The translations under genes and the position numbers were made by a program. A DNA stretch of 64,000 nt, taken from positions 410 to 64,409 of the forward strand of contig CAVQAW010000001.1 in assembly GCA_963710535.1 (NCBI GenBank). Reading direction: 5' to 3'. Positions 28,604 to 39,262 of this stretch are shown here, piece by piece (position 1 is the stretch's first letter; every line of letters begins with the position of its first letter). The stretch is from an uncultured Flavobacteriaceae bacterium. GTDB taxonomy: Bacteria > Bacteroidota > Bacteroidia > Flavobacteriales > Flavobacteriaceae. Under the pieces are notes generated by a model. That model saw nothing but the letters and a program-made list of their open reading frames with translations. It ran no database searches and was not told where the DNA came from.

Positions 28604-30235
28604 CTATTTCAAGATGCCGGTATACTTGGTTTTGTTCGCGAGCAGCTCAGTGGCCGCCAATATGGCCTCATCGTTCTTAAGGTTATATTCGTAAAGCCCT
28701 TCCCTGTAAAAATAGCGCTTTACGATTTCATCCTTCAATTTCGACTGAATTTCATTTTGATAGGTTTCCAGGGCCGTAATCTTACTTTTATCGAGATCGG
28801 ACAACAAGGTTTTGATATCATTTTTGATGGCTTCGTTAAAAGTCACCTCTTGCCGCCCGCCCAATGCTTCCTTCAAGATCTTTTCCGTTTGGGTTTCGAA
28901 CGTAAAGTTGCTTTGGGAAACAAAACTTTTGAACTGTTGGAAATCGCCGTCCGAAAATTGAAAGGCTTTGATATCTGGAAACTGGTGCTGGTAATAAAAT
29001 GAAGTGGCGTAATCAAATATTACATTGCCGTTGATCAAGGCATTGGTGAGCTCATTGGCCTGGGTCGCATCGATTTCAACATCGGGTAGCACCCCTCCGC
29101 CATCCTGGACTTTGCGGCCATTTCGGGTGGCAAAGTCCTTAAAACTGCTGGTTTTAATGGCATTGCCCTCTTCATCCCTGTTCCAATAATCCAGGGATTG
29201 TATACAGCGGCCGGAAGGCGTATAGTAGCGGCTGATCGTCACTTTTAACTGCGTGCCGTAGGTAAGCTTCAAAGGGCGCTGTACCAATCCCTTACCAAAA
29301 GTACGCGCCCCCATCACCACGGCGCGATCGAGGTCTTGGAGGCTTCCCGACACGATTTCACTGGCCGAGGCGCTGCCACCGTCGACCAGGACCACCAAGG
29401 GAATCTCCGCGTCTTCGGGGCTGTTCCGGGTCTTATATTCTTGGTTGAATTTCTTTACTTTGGATTTTGTGGTAACGATCAGTTCGCCCTTGGGAACGAA
29501 AAGATTGGTTACGTTGATCGCTTCTGTGAGCAACCCCCCAGGATTGCCGCGGAGGTCGAGGATGATGCTCTGGGCACCTTTGCCTTTCAAGTCGTTCAGC
29601 GCCTCCTTGGTCTGCTCCGATGCCTTGGCATTGAATTTGTTCAGAACGATATAACCGGTTTCGTCATCGACCATGTGATAATAGGGTACTGCATCGACTT
29701 CCACTGCAGACCTGGTGATGATCGTGGTTTTGATTTCCCCTTGTCGCTTATAGGATACGTTCACCGCAGTATTGTTGGCCCCCTTGAGCAGCTCACTGGC
29801 ATTGTCGTCGAAGGCGGACACCTCTATATCGCCAATTTTGATGATCTCGTCCCCCGCTTTTAGGCCTGCCTTGTCGGCCGGATAGTCTTTATAGGGCTCA
29901 ATGATCAACAGCTTGTCTTTGAAGGAACGCACCAAGGCCCCGATACCCGAGTATTCCCCGGCATTGTTGATTTTATATTCCTCCACGTCCTGCTCATTCA
30001 AGAACTTGGTGTAGGGGTCTAGATCGTCCAACATGTTCTTGATGGCGGTATCCATGAGTTCGGCAGGGTTGGTCTCGTCCACATAGTTCATGTTGAGTTC
30101 TTTGAACAAGGTGGTAAAGATTTCGATCTGCTTGGCGATTTCGAAGAAATCACTCTTAAAACTACTGCCTGCCACCAAAAGACCTATGGCGAGGATCGGA
30201 ACAATTATTTTTGCTTTAATCGATCTTTTCATCAT
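28604..30235 (-). CDS. S41 family C-terminal processing peptidase with PDZ
   Basis: 'LDPYT', 'ILDLRGNPGGLL', 'SASASEIVSGSLQD.DRAVVMG.RTFGKGLVQ'. Confidence 0.92.
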   Translation of the reverse strand: MMKRSIKAKIIVPILAIGLLVAGSSFKSDFFEIAKQIEIFTTLFKELNMNYVDETNPAELMDTAIKNMLDDLDPYTKFLNEQDVEEYKINNAGEYSGIGALVRSFKDKLLIIEPYKDYPADKAGLKAGDEIIKIGDIEVSAFDDNASELLKGANNTAVNVSYKRQGEIKTTIITRSAVEVDAVPYYHMVDDETGYIVLNKFNAKASEQTKEALNDLKGKGAQSIILDLRGNPGGLLTEAINVTNLFVPKGELIVTTKSKVKKFNQEYKTRNSPEDAEIPLVVLVDGGSASASEIVSGSLQDLDRAVVMGARTFGKGLVQRPLKLTYGTQLKVTISRYYTPSGRCIQSLDYWNRDEEGNAIKTSSFKDFATRNGRKVQDGGGVLPDVEIDATQANELTNALINGNVIFDYATSFYYQHQFPDIKAFQFSDGDFQQFKSFVSQSNFTFETQTEKILKEALGGRQEVTFNEAIKNDIKTLLSDLDKSKITALETYQNEIQSKLKDEIVKRYFYREGLYEYNLKNDEAILAATELLANKTKYTGILK

Positions 30236-30602
30236 CAACTTTGTTTATGAATTTCTCTAGAATTTTCTTAACATGCACCTCAATGGTCTGGTATTGGGGC
30301 ATATCTTTCCCAAGGTATAAAAATAGGAACGCAAAGTTTCCCACACTATTGTTAAAAAGAATCGGTTTGTTCAATCGATAGGCCTCGCGCAGCAACCTCT
30401 TGATCCGGTTGCGCTTCACGGCACTCTTAAAGTTCTTCTTGGGCACAGTGACCCCGGTTTTGAACTTCACCTTTTCTTCCGGCCCGGTTTGGAGATAGAT
30501 CAATTTTATGGGATAGGAGGTCACGGCCTTCCCTTCCACAAACAACCGATCGATCAGTTTTTTGCTTTTGAGTTTTTCTTTTTTGGGGAAAGTGAATGGC
30601 AT
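30216..30602 (-). CDS. rnpA: Ribonuclease P protein component
   Basis: 'FPKKEKLK', 'VPKKNFKSAVKRNRIKRLLREAYRL'; start 30602. Confidence 0.92.
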   Translation of the reverse strand: MPFTFPKKEKLKSKKLIDRLFVEGKAVTSYPIKLIYLQTGPEEKVKFKTGVTVPKKNFKSAVKRNRIKRLLREAYRLNKPILFNNSVGNFAFLFLYLGKDMPQYQTIEVHVKKILEKFINKVDDEKID

Positions 30603-30609
30603 AATGGCG

Positions 30610-30617
30610 CAAAAGTA
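30610..30617 (-). promoter_or_regulatory. -7 promoter element (TACTTTTG) for rnpA
   Basis: CAAAAGTA on the + strand, 7 nt from the ATG. Confidence 0.55.
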
Positions 30618-30719
30618 AACATAATACGCTTCTTCCGGATTATGATAATTGTCATAGTTGTCTTTATGCACGCTTGTTAAATTAGCCCGAAGTACCCATC
30701 ATCCTCTAAAAACATATTC

Positions 30720-32570
30720 ATGGGCGAATTAAAAGTTGAAAAGTTGGCGGGAAGCGCCGCAAAAACAAAATACATCAATCACCTACTGCGCGATATCGCG
30801 GCCTTGGAACTGATGTTGGAACGGGACATGATCGAAAAATCGCCGACAAGGATAGGGGCAGAACAGGAATTTTGTTTGGTCGATGATTCCTGGGAACCGG
30901 CCAACACGGCCATGGAAATCCTGAAAAAACTCGATGACCCCAAATTCACTACCGAAGTGGCCCTTTATAATTTGGAAGTGAACCTAGACCCGCTGACGTT
31001 GACCGGGGATTGTTTTTCGAAAATGCACGGCGAATTGAACGGCTTATTGGAAAAGGCGAGAAAAATTGCCGAAAAACACGGATCGAAAGTACTGCTGACG
31101 GGAATACTTCCCACCATCGACCAGCGGCATTTGACGGAGGCGTCGATGACCCCGCTAAAAAGATATCAGGTACTCGATAAAACCATAAGGGATTTGAGGG
31201 GGGATCAAATTGAACTTCATATCAAGGGGGTCGATGAAATCAACCTGCATCACGATTCCATTCTTTTTGAAGGGTGCAATACCAGTTTCCAGGCACACTT
31301 GCAGATCGATGCTGACGATTTCGAAGATACCTACAATTGGGCGCAGACCATTGCCGGCCCGGTGCTTTCTATTTGTGCCAATTCCCCAATGCTTATGGGC
31401 CGTGAATTATGGCAGGAAACCAGGATCGCCCTCTTTACCCAGAGCGTGGATTCAAGGGCGAGCACCAATTTGCTCAATGAAAGGGAGGCCCGTGTCGGTT
31501 TTGGCAGGGATTGGGCCAAAGGCTCGGTGGCCGATTTTTATAAGGAAAGCGTGGTTCGTTTCAAGAGCTTGCTGAACGCCGATTTCGGCACTGATAGCCT
31601 TACCGAGATGGAAAATGGCAAAGTGCCCAAACTAAAGGCGCTCCACCTGCACAACGGCACGGTTTACAAATGGAATCGGGTGTGTTATGGCGTCACGGCC
31701 GGGAAGCCCCATATCCGCATCGAAAATCGTTACATGCCTTCCGGACCGACCACCATGGACGAAATTGCCAACATGATGTTCTGGGTGGGATTGATGCGGG
31801 CAAGACCCAAACAATACAACGATATCCGAAACAAGATCGACTTCAAGGATGTAAAAAGCAATTTTTACAATGCGGCACGCTATGGGACCGCCGCCCAGTT
31901 CTATTGGGAGGGCCGCCTCGTGCCCTGTAAGGAACTCTTGCTAGACGAACTGTTGCCGATGGCCTATCGCGGTCTGTACACGATGAACGTGTTGCCGGAA
32001 GATGCGGAAAAATATCTCTCGGTCATAGAAAACAGGATCAAGACCAGAAATGGTGCGCGCTGGATCGTGGAGAGCTATCGCAAACTGAAAAAGGAACACA
32101 AGACCCACGACGTACTTCACCTGCTCACCGCGGCCATGTACCAGCATGAGCGTAAGGGCTACGCGATCGATGCATGGGAATTGGCCCGCGGCAACGAATT
32201 TAGCTGGGATGCCAACAAGCGGAAAGTGAGGCAATTGATGAATACCGACATCATTTCTGCCCAAGAAGACGACAGTGCCGAACTGGTGCTCAAAATCATG
32301 TATTGGAAGAACATCCACCACCTTCCCATTATGGACGCCAAAATGGAGCTGGTAGGGTTACTCACCTGGACGGATGTCAAACATTTTATGGAGCAACCAA
32401 AAAGTGCTGAAAGAAGCATCCAAAAGATCATGAGAACAAAACTGGTCACAATCGATGCGGATGCCACGGTGAAGGAGGCCAAAGCATTGATGGCGGCAAA
32501 CCAGATCAATTGTTTGCCCGTTATGGGGAACCATAAGCTTGTGGGAATCCTGACCACAAAGGATGTATAG
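30720..32570 (+). CDS. Glutamate-cysteine ligase-like (GCS2 family) carboxylate-amine ligase with a C-terminal CBS pair
   Basis: 'IGAEQEFCLVD', 'TEVALYNLEVN', 'SFQAHLQI', 'NGTVYKWNR', 'HIRIENRYMPSGP'; C-terminal CBS repeats ('IHHLPIMD...LVGLLT', 'INCLPV...LVGILT..D'). Confidence 0.75.
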   Translation: MGELKVEKLAGSAAKTKYINHLLRDIAALELMLERDMIEKSPTRIGAEQEFCLVDDSWEPANTAMEILKKLDDPKFTTEVALYNLEVNLDPLTLTGDCFSKMHGELNGLLEKARKIAEKHGSKVLLTGILPTIDQRHLTEASMTPLKRYQVLDKTIRDLRGDQIELHIKGVDEINLHHDSILFEGCNTSFQAHLQIDADDFEDTYNWAQTIAGPVLSICANSPMLMGRELWQETRIALFTQSVDSRASTNLLNEREARVGFGRDWAKGSVADFYKESVVRFKSLLNADFGTDSLTEMENGKVPKLKALHLHNGTVYKWNRVCYGVTAGKPHIRIENRYMPSGPTTMDEIANMMFWVGLMRARPKQYNDIRNKIDFKDVKSNFYNAARYGTAAQFYWEGRLVPCKELLLDELLPMAYRGLYTMNVLPEDAEKYLSVIENRIKTRNGARWIVESYRKLKKEHKTHDVLHLLTAAMYQHERKGYAIDAWELARGNEFSWDANKRKVRQLMNTDIISAQEDDSAELVLKIMYWKNIHHLPIMDAKMELVGLLTWTDVKHFMEQPKSAERSIQKIMRTKLVTIDADATVKEAKALMAANQINCLPVMGNHKLVGILTTKDV

Positions 32571-32585
32571 CCGCACCTTCCATCC

Positions 32586-33803
32586 ATGACCGAAATAGCG
32601 AAGCATAAAGCGAAGGACATACGGCCGGCCCGGTTCATCGGACAGCTGCAAGGGAAGGCCAAAGGCCCTACCTTGTTGTTCTTCGGGGGCATACACGGCA
32701 ATGAAATGGCCGGGGTCAGGGCAATTGAAAAGGTTTTTAAGGTTCTGGGCCCACATGCCGATCAGGTCAAGGGATCGATTTACGGAATTCGGGGCAACAT
32801 CCCCGCACAACTCAGCCAAAAACGTTTTTTGGACGATGACCTGAATCGCCTTTGGACCACGGAAGGGGTTGCGGCCATTTTGGGCAAGCCGGCCACGGAA
32901 CGCAATGTGGAGGAATCCGAACTTTTTGAAATCAACGCCCTTCTTACCGAAGTGATCCGCAGCGAATCGCCCCCTTTCTATTTTATCGATTTCCATACCA
33001 CTTCGGGCAAGAGCAGACCCTTCATCACCATTAACGATGCGCTGATCAACCGAAGGTTTTCCCTCCTTTTTCCGGTGCCCATCGTTTTGGGAATCGAAGA
33101 ATACCTGGAAGGGCCACTGCTCAGCCTCATGAACGAGCAGGGCTATGTCTCGCTGGGATTTGAATCGGGCCAACATAGCGAATTGAACGCCGTAAGCAAC
33201 GCTTATGCGTTCATGTGGTTGGGCCTGGTCTATGCAGAATGTATCCCAAAAACCCTGGTGCCCGATTTCGAAACTTTATATGGCCGGCTCCAAAAAGATG
33301 CCAGGGGCGATTCGGGTTTTTACGAGGTGACCTACCGACACCTATTGGCCGAAGGCACCGATTTTAAAATGCTGCCAGGCTTCACGAACTTTCAAAACGT
33401 GGAGAAGGGCACCGTGCTGGCCTTGCAGGACGGGAAGGAAATCAAGACCAAAAAAAGCAGCACCCTTTTTATGCCGCTCTATCAAAAACAGGGCAAGGAA
33501 GGATATTTTTTAATACGGCGCATTCCCAAATGGGCCTTGCGGGCTTCCACTATAGCAAGAAATCTCAAGATCGATGGGTGGCTCACCGTTTTGCCGGGAA
33601 TCTCATGGAGCGATGAAAGGAAGGAACAACTGCTGGTGAACACCAGTATTGCCCGTTTCTTTACGAAGTCGTTTTTCCATGTGCTGGGTTATCGAAGCAT
33701 GACCCTGGGCAAGTCGAAAATGCTGATGCAGAACCGCGAGCGTACCGCCAAAAATGCGGATTATAAAAACGAGTGGTGGTTCAAAAACGGCAAAAAAGCC
33801 TAG
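32586..33803 (+). CDS. Succinylglutamate desuccinylase/aspartoacylase (M14-like) family protein
   Basis: Zn motifs 'GGIHGNE', 'DLNR', 'IDFHTT', 'FESGQH'. Confidence 0.85.
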   Translation: MTEIAKHKAKDIRPARFIGQLQGKAKGPTLLFFGGIHGNEMAGVRAIEKVFKVLGPHADQVKGSIYGIRGNIPAQLSQKRFLDDDLNRLWTTEGVAAILGKPATERNVEESELFEINALLTEVIRSESPPFYFIDFHTTSGKSRPFITINDALINRRFSLLFPVPIVLGIEEYLEGPLLSLMNEQGYVSLGFESGQHSELNAVSNAYAFMWLGLVYAECIPKTLVPDFETLYGRLQKDARGDSGFYEVTYRHLLAEGTDFKMLPGFTNFQNVEKGTVLALQDGKEIKTKKSSTLFMPLYQKQGKEGYFLIRRIPKWALRASTIARNLKIDGWLTVLPGISWSDERKEQLLVNTSIARFFTKSFFHVLGYRSMTLGKSKMLMQNRERTAKNADYKNEWWFKNGKKA

Positions 33804-35671
33804 GGATTCGGTTGCCACACATTGTTTTCGGGATTGATGTCGGCCATCAACTGCGACGGGTCGATCAGCACGGCCTTGATCTGCTGCAAAGGCTTATCGA
33901 TCACAAAACCATACGATTTGGAGGCCCATGCCCAATCTTCCAAAACGGTACGCTTCAGTTGGGGATATGGATTTTCCTTTTCGCCCCGCATCATGCTCAA
34001 GGGCGCATAAAACGTTTCCTGGCTTCCGTCTTGGTAGACCACCAATAGATCGACGGGCATCGGCATCAATCCGAGACGCACCAGATCTACCTTGGTACGG
34101 TTTCCATCCGAAGCAACGGCCTCAATACCATAATCGATGGTGTTCGTGGTCTGTGTCCAGTCGGTGAGGTACCAATCGAGTTCCATATGGGATACTTTTT
34201 CTGCCGTTCGCTTGATGTCGTTGGGCACCGGATGTTTGAATTTGAAGTCGCTATAGTATTTTCTAAGGGTTTCCATGAGTTTGTCCTGCCCGATCACATA
34301 CCCCAGTTGGGCCAAAAAAACCGCCCCTTTGTTATAGGCAGATTGCCCATACGCAAAATTGAGTTCGTATCGGTCGGCATGGGTGGTCTGCGGCTGTTCT
34401 TTCCCGGAAAGCGCCAGGTTGTAATACCCCGAATAGATGTCCTCAAATGGAAAGGCCTTGTTTTCCTCCATAATTTCGTTCTTGCACAGGGTAGACACAA
34501 AAGAGGTAAAGCCCTCGTCCATCCATTCGTGCTTCGACTCATTGGTGGCCAGTACATGCTGAAACCAGGAATGCGCCATTTCATGTACCGTTACACTTAC
34601 CAGGCTCCCATAGTTTCGACCTCCCGTAATCAAGGTGGCCATGGCATATTCCATGCCACCATCCCCCCCATGGATCACCGAATATTGCTCGTAAGGGTAA
34701 GGGCCTATATTTTGGTTGAAAAACTGCATAGCCGCTGCGGTCTTGGGCTGCAATTTTTTCCAATTCTCTATAATTTCAGGGTCGTTCTTGTATAAAAAAT
34801 GGAGCATGGGCCCATTTTCCACTTTTAGGGTATCGTGCAGGTAGTCGGGGTCGGCCGCCCACATAAAATCATGTACCATGGGGGCCTTGAAATGCCAGGT
34901 AAGCGTTTTCCCTTTGATCTTGGCGACCTTGGTTCCGGGCGCCTCGTAGCCGTGACCTATTTCCTGTGGGTTCTGTAAATAACCACTACCACCTACCACG
35001 TAGTTTTTGTCAAGGGTCAACTTCACGTCGAAATCGCCCCAAACCCCGTGAAACTCACGGGCGATATAAGGATCGGCATGCCATCCTTCAAAATCGTATT
35101 CCGCCAATTTGGGATACCATTGGCTCATTGAAAGGGCAACCCCTTCGGCATTGTCTCTTCCAGATCGCCTGATCTGTACCGGCACCTGCCCGTTGAAGTC
35201 CATATCAAAGGTGGTCTTACCGCCAGGCGGAATGGGCTGGGCCAGGTCTACCACCAAAACGGTGCCTTCCTCAACAGCGGAAACGGGCGCGCCATCCTGC
35301 TTCAGGGAAGTGGCGTGCAGATATCCGATCTCTGTCTCGGTAAGACCGGCGATACGGCTCTTTTTGTCTTTGGTGGTCATGCGGCTGTCGGGATCGGCAA
35401 TGGATTGTAGGCGCATATCCATCTCACTTCCCGGCTGAAAAGCATTGAAGTAAAGATGGTAATAAACCCGCTCCAAGGTATCCGGGGAGTTGTTGGTATA
35501 TACCAGCTTTTGGGTACCGTTGTACCGGAAACTTTCAACGTCTATGGCGACCTCCATGGTATAGTCGACATGTTGCTGCCAATAACAGGCATTGTTCTGG
35601 GCATGTCCCCAATTCGATAGGGCCAAAAGCACGATCATGGCGCCGAGACCTTTCAAAATCCGATGTTTCAT
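33800..35671 (-). CDS. M1 family metallopeptidase
   Basis: 'GGMEY' exopeptidase motif and 'HEMAHSWF...WMDEG', with a signal peptide. Confidence 0.9.
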   Translation of the reverse strand: MKHRILKGLGAMIVLLALSNWGHAQNNACYWQQHVDYTMEVAIDVESFRYNGTQKLVYTNNSPDTLERVYYHLYFNAFQPGSEMDMRLQSIADPDSRMTTKDKKSRIAGLTETEIGYLHATSLKQDGAPVSAVEEGTVLVVDLAQPIPPGGKTTFDMDFNGQVPVQIRRSGRDNAEGVALSMSQWYPKLAEYDFEGWHADPYIAREFHGVWGDFDVKLTLDKNYVVGGSGYLQNPQEIGHGYEAPGTKVAKIKGKTLTWHFKAPMVHDFMWAADPDYLHDTLKVENGPMLHFLYKNDPEIIENWKKLQPKTAAAMQFFNQNIGPYPYEQYSVIHGGDGGMEYAMATLITGGRNYGSLVSVTVHEMAHSWFQHVLATNESKHEWMDEGFTSFVSTLCKNEIMEENKAFPFEDIYSGYYNLALSGKEQPQTTHADRYELNFAYGQSAYNKGAVFLAQLGYVIGQDKLMETLRKYYSDFKFKHPVPNDIKRTAEKVSHMELDWYLTDWTQTTNTIDYGIEAVASDGNRTKVDLVRLGLMPMPVDLLVVYQDGSQETFYAPLSMMRGEKENPYPQLKRTVLEDWAWASKSYGFVIDKPLQQIKAVLIDPSQLMADINPENNVWQPNP

Positions 35672-35679
35672 ATCTTCAA

Positions 35680-37311
35680 TTATACTTTGATTTTTCCACT
35701 GTTCACCTGATCGGCCAAGATCAGGGCATTATAGGCGTTGACCATACTTCCCGAGGCCGAAATCTCATCCAGGGTGCCCGTTTTGGATGTGTCACCTCCC
35801 AAGATGACCTCTGTCCTCGGCGCCAAACCCGATTGCATTAAAATATGCTTCACTTGTGACGCACTCAATTTAGGGTACTGCGACCGGATCAATGCAGCCA
35901 CACCGGCCACGGCAGGGGCCGCCATAGAAGTGCCCGGCGAAAACTCATATGTATTGTCGGGATAGGTGGAGTAAATATCGGTACCCGGCGCAAAAATATC
36001 GACATTGGTTTTGCCATAATTCGAATAGGATGCTACCAAATCGGAACCGTAGTCGGGGTTCAGGGCACCTACCGTTATCACATTGTCGGAAAATTCAGGC
36101 CCGTTGTTCACTTGATCGTTCGGATAATTGGCATTTTTTGGGTCGTCGAGGTCATGACCATCGTTACCGGCGGCATGTACGAAAAGCACATCGTTGTCGG
36201 CGGCATATTTTAGGGCATCATAAACCCATGTTGCGTTGGGGGAGTACGACTTCCCAAAGCTGCCGTTGATGATCTTTGCCCCGTTATCCACGGCATAGCG
36301 GATGCCAAGGGCGATATCCTTGTCATATTCGTCCCCATTGGGCACGGCGCGAACACTCATGATCTCCACATTATTGGCCACTCCATTGGCCCCTTTGCCA
36401 TTGTTGCGCTCGGCGGCGATGATGCCCGCTACATGGGTACCGTGGCTTTCATCTTCCGATCTGCTCTGTGGATTCCCATTGCCGTAGTTGGTGTCCAAAA
36501 TGTCGTAGGCATTGTCCCCTACCACCGTTCGGCCGTCAAAATTCACATTATAATTGTAGTTTACTTGGTCGGAGAAGTGCTTGATGCCATCGCCAAGCTC
36601 TTCGATCACCTCGGCAATCGTATCTTTGATGCTGAACATCTGCATCAAAATACTGATGTTTCGCTGCATGGCTTCGTCCTTCGGGGCAATGCCCAAAAGG
36701 TCTTCTTTGGTATAGGTTTCCTTTCCGAGCGCTTTCTTTACCTCGGCGTCAGAAGTTTTGACCGCCTGGAGGATCTGCTCGTACTGTTGCTTGTTCTGTA
36801 GGGCTTCCGCATATCCCTTATCGACATCTGCCTTTGCCTTGGCCTGCATCGCGGCATCGCCCAGTTTTAACCTCAAGATGCGGGCGCTCTCCAATTGTTC
36901 ATTGTAGGCCTCTCCCAAAAAATTATAGCCGTGGACATCATCGATAAAGCCATTTTTGTCGTCGTCCTTGCCATTGTTCGGGATTTCCCCTTTGTTGGTC
37001 CAAAGCACATCGTCCAGGTCTTCGTGCTTCAGATCGATGCCCGAGTCCAGTACCGCGACGATTACTTTTTGGCCTTTTTTGTTTCCGATGATTTCGGAAT
37101 AGGCCTTGTCGACGCTCATCCCCGGGATGGTATCGGCGACAAGATCTAGGTGTCCCCAATTTTTTTTCTCCGCCTCGGAAAGATCGGAAATCTTGAGCGG
37201 GGTGGTATCGATATTCGCAATGGGCGTCAATACCAGGGTGGTTGCCCCACATCCGACAAAGAGTGCCGTTGCGAAAAAGGCGAATATAATTTTTGATAAG
37301 ATGCGTGTCAT
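35680..37311 (-). CDS. S8 subtilisin-like serine peptidase (lipoprotein)
   Basis: Catalytic triad 'VLDSG', 'HGTHVAG', 'GTSMAAP'; lipobox FVGC. Confidence 0.92.
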   Translation of the reverse strand: MTRILSKIIFAFFATALFVGCGATTLVLTPIANIDTTPLKISDLSEAEKKNWGHLDLVADTIPGMSVDKAYSEIIGNKKGQKVIVAVLDSGIDLKHEDLDDVLWTNKGEIPNNGKDDDKNGFIDDVHGYNFLGEAYNEQLESARILRLKLGDAAMQAKAKADVDKGYAEALQNKQQYEQILQAVKTSDAEVKKALGKETYTKEDLLGIAPKDEAMQRNISILMQMFSIKDTIAEVIEELGDGIKHFSDQVNYNYNVNFDGRTVVGDNAYDILDTNYGNGNPQSRSEDESHGTHVAGIIAAERNNGKGANGVANNVEIMSVRAVPNGDEYDKDIALGIRYAVDNGAKIINGSFGKSYSPNATWVYDALKYAADNDVLFVHAAGNDGHDLDDPKNANYPNDQVNNGPEFSDNVITVGALNPDYGSDLVASYSNYGKTNVDIFAPGTDIYSTYPDNTYEFSPGTSMAAPAVAGVAALIRSQYPKLSASQVKHILMQSGLAPRTEVILGGDTSKTGTLDEISASGSMVNAYNALILADQVNSGKIKV

Positions 37312-37337
37312 TTTATTTTTTGTTTTTAGAATACGTT

Positions 37338-38231
37338 TTAAAAATGGGCTCCCGGGAATAGGGCCGGAAAGCTTTCGAGACAGCCCCTATCGGCCATGGT
37401 CACAAAACAGGTTTTGCCATTTTTGCCCCCAAATGTAATGTTTGACGGCTTTTTTCCCTTAAGAAGTATCTCTTTTATGATTTTTTTATCAGGGGAGACC
37501 ACCACTACCGTACCCTTATCGTAGCGCGTGATGTACAGGTTTCCCTTGCGATCGCAACGCATGCCGTCCATCCCGAAATCTTCGAAGGTGATGAAGTTGC
37601 TTTTGTTCGACAGGCTTCCATCGGGCTTGATATCGTATCGCCAAACCTGGCGCTGCACCGATTCGTTCACATAAAGATGTTCGCCGTCCGGGCTCACTTC
37701 TATGCCGTTGGTGGTGCCCATATGTTCTTCCAAGAGCAGGATTTTCCTATCGGCATTGACCAACCAGAGCCTGCCGGTTCCGTCCTTCCAGTTGGGATCG
37801 CTCAGGTATATGAGCCCATTGGGGGCCATGGCGAGGTCGTTGGGCTGGCTCATGTTAGGGTCGTGGGCATATACTTCAGGAATTTTAGAGCCTTTCTTGA
37901 CCCGAAAAACGTTGTGGCCGACATAGTCGGCGATATACATGTTCCCTTCCCTGTCGAACCGAATGCCGTTCCCCACACTCGTGCCCGGAAGTTTTAGGAA
38001 TACTTCCCCATCCCCTTTGTCGTTTACGATGCCTATGGTCCCCTCTTCCATGAAGTTGACCGCATACAGATTTCCTTCCTTGTCGACCGCGGGCCCCTCA
38101 ATGCCTTTTGTGAAAGCGAACTCCGACGTAAAATCCTTGCTGTCAATTTGTTGGGCTTTACAGGAAGTTAAAAGGAGCAGTGAGGAAAGGACAAAAAACG
38201 GGCTAAATACAAAATTATTCAAATACTTCAT
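37338..38231 (-). CDS. SMP-30/gluconolactonase family lipoprotein
   Basis: 'EGPAVD', 'PNDL', 'TNGIEVSPD', 'MDGMRCD', 'NITFGG'; start MKYLNN at 38231 with lipobox LTSC. Confidence 0.85.
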   Translation of the reverse strand: MKYLNNFVFSPFFVLSSLLLLTSCKAQQIDSKDFTSEFAFTKGIEGPAVDKEGNLYAVNFMEEGTIGIVNDKGDGEVFLKLPGTSVGNGIRFDREGNMYIADYVGHNVFRVKKGSKIPEVYAHDPNMSQPNDLAMAPNGLIYLSDPNWKDGTGRLWLVNADRKILLLEEHMGTTNGIEVSPDGEHLYVNESVQRQVWRYDIKPDGSLSNKSNFITFEDFGMDGMRCDRKGNLYITRYDKGTVVVVSPDKKIIKEILLKGKKPSNITFGGKNGKTCFVTMADRGCLESFPALFPGAHF

Positions 38232-39075
38232 CGAAGGTATACAATTGGTTAAGACGGACCCCTCTTTCGGTCTGTTGCAAGGTACAAATTTCATGGTGTG
38301 CATCGTGTTCGAAAAACAGATGGTAATCGTTGGCAACCGCCTCGTCCAAAAAAACCTCCTTTTCCGTCAAGGTCAATAAAGGCCGTGTATCATAGCCCAT
38401 GACATAGGGCAATGGGATATGGCCCACCGTAGGGATGAGGTCGGCGACAAAAACCAACTTCTTCCCTTTGTATTGGATATGGGGCAGCATCTGCTTTTCG
38501 GTATGCCCATCCACAAAAAGGATGCCGAAACCCAATTCCGATCGTTGAAGGAAAGGGTTGCCACTGTGGTTCACGAAACGCAATTGACCGCTTTCCTGCA
38601 TGGGCATCAGGTTTTCTTTTAAAAAAGAGGCTTTTTCGCGTACATTGGGCTGTGTTGCCCAGTGCCAATGGGCTTCATTCGACCAGAAAATCGCATTTTT
38701 GAAGGCGGGTTCGTAGGCGGTTCGATCCCGGTTCCATTGGATACTGCCCCCACAATGATCAAAATGCAGGTGGGTCATGAACACATCGGTAACGTCATCG
38801 CGATGGAAACCCAATTTATGCAATGATTTATCGAGGGTGTGGTCGCCCCAGCGATAATAGTAGCCGAAAAACTTATCCGATTGTTTATTGCCCATGCCCG
38901 AATCGATCAGGATCAAGCGGTTCCCATCTTCGATCAACAGGCAGCGTGCGGCAATATCGATCATATTGTTGTTGTCTGCGGGATTGGTTTTGTGCCAAAT
39001 AGATTTGGGCACCACCCCGAACATGGCGCCGCCATCCAACTTAAAATTTCCGGTTTCCAAAGGGTGTAATGTCAT
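38215..39075 (-). CDS. MBL-fold metallo-hydrolase
   Basis: 'FKLDGGAMFGVVPK', 'THLHFDHCGG', 'GHTE', 'FEHD'. Confidence 0.9.
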   Translation of the reverse strand: MTLHPLETGNFKLDGGAMFGVVPKSIWHKTNPADNNNMIDIAARCLLIEDGNRLILIDSGMGNKQSDKFFGYYYRWGDHTLDKSLHKLGFHRDDVTDVFMTHLHFDHCGGSIQWNRDRTAYEPAFKNAIFWSNEAHWHWATQPNVREKASFLKENLMPMQESGQLRFVNHSGNPFLQRSELGFGILFVDGHTEKQMLPHIQYKGKKLVFVADLIPTVGHIPLPYVMGYDTRPLLTLTEKEVFLDEAVANDYHLFFEHDAHHEICTLQQTERGVRLNQLYTFDEVFE

Positions 39076-39262
39076 GTCGAGACCTATCGCTGCTGCAAAA
39101 TAACGAAACCAATTTCGATTAGCTCCCCTATACGACCAATTTTGCGATCGTTGCCCTGATCAAAATGGATTTCCATCATTTTCACGATCGCACTTCACAA
39201 AATTGCATGTATCTTCATTCTTCGTTTCAAACGACATCGGACCAACAGTAAAAACCAACCCC

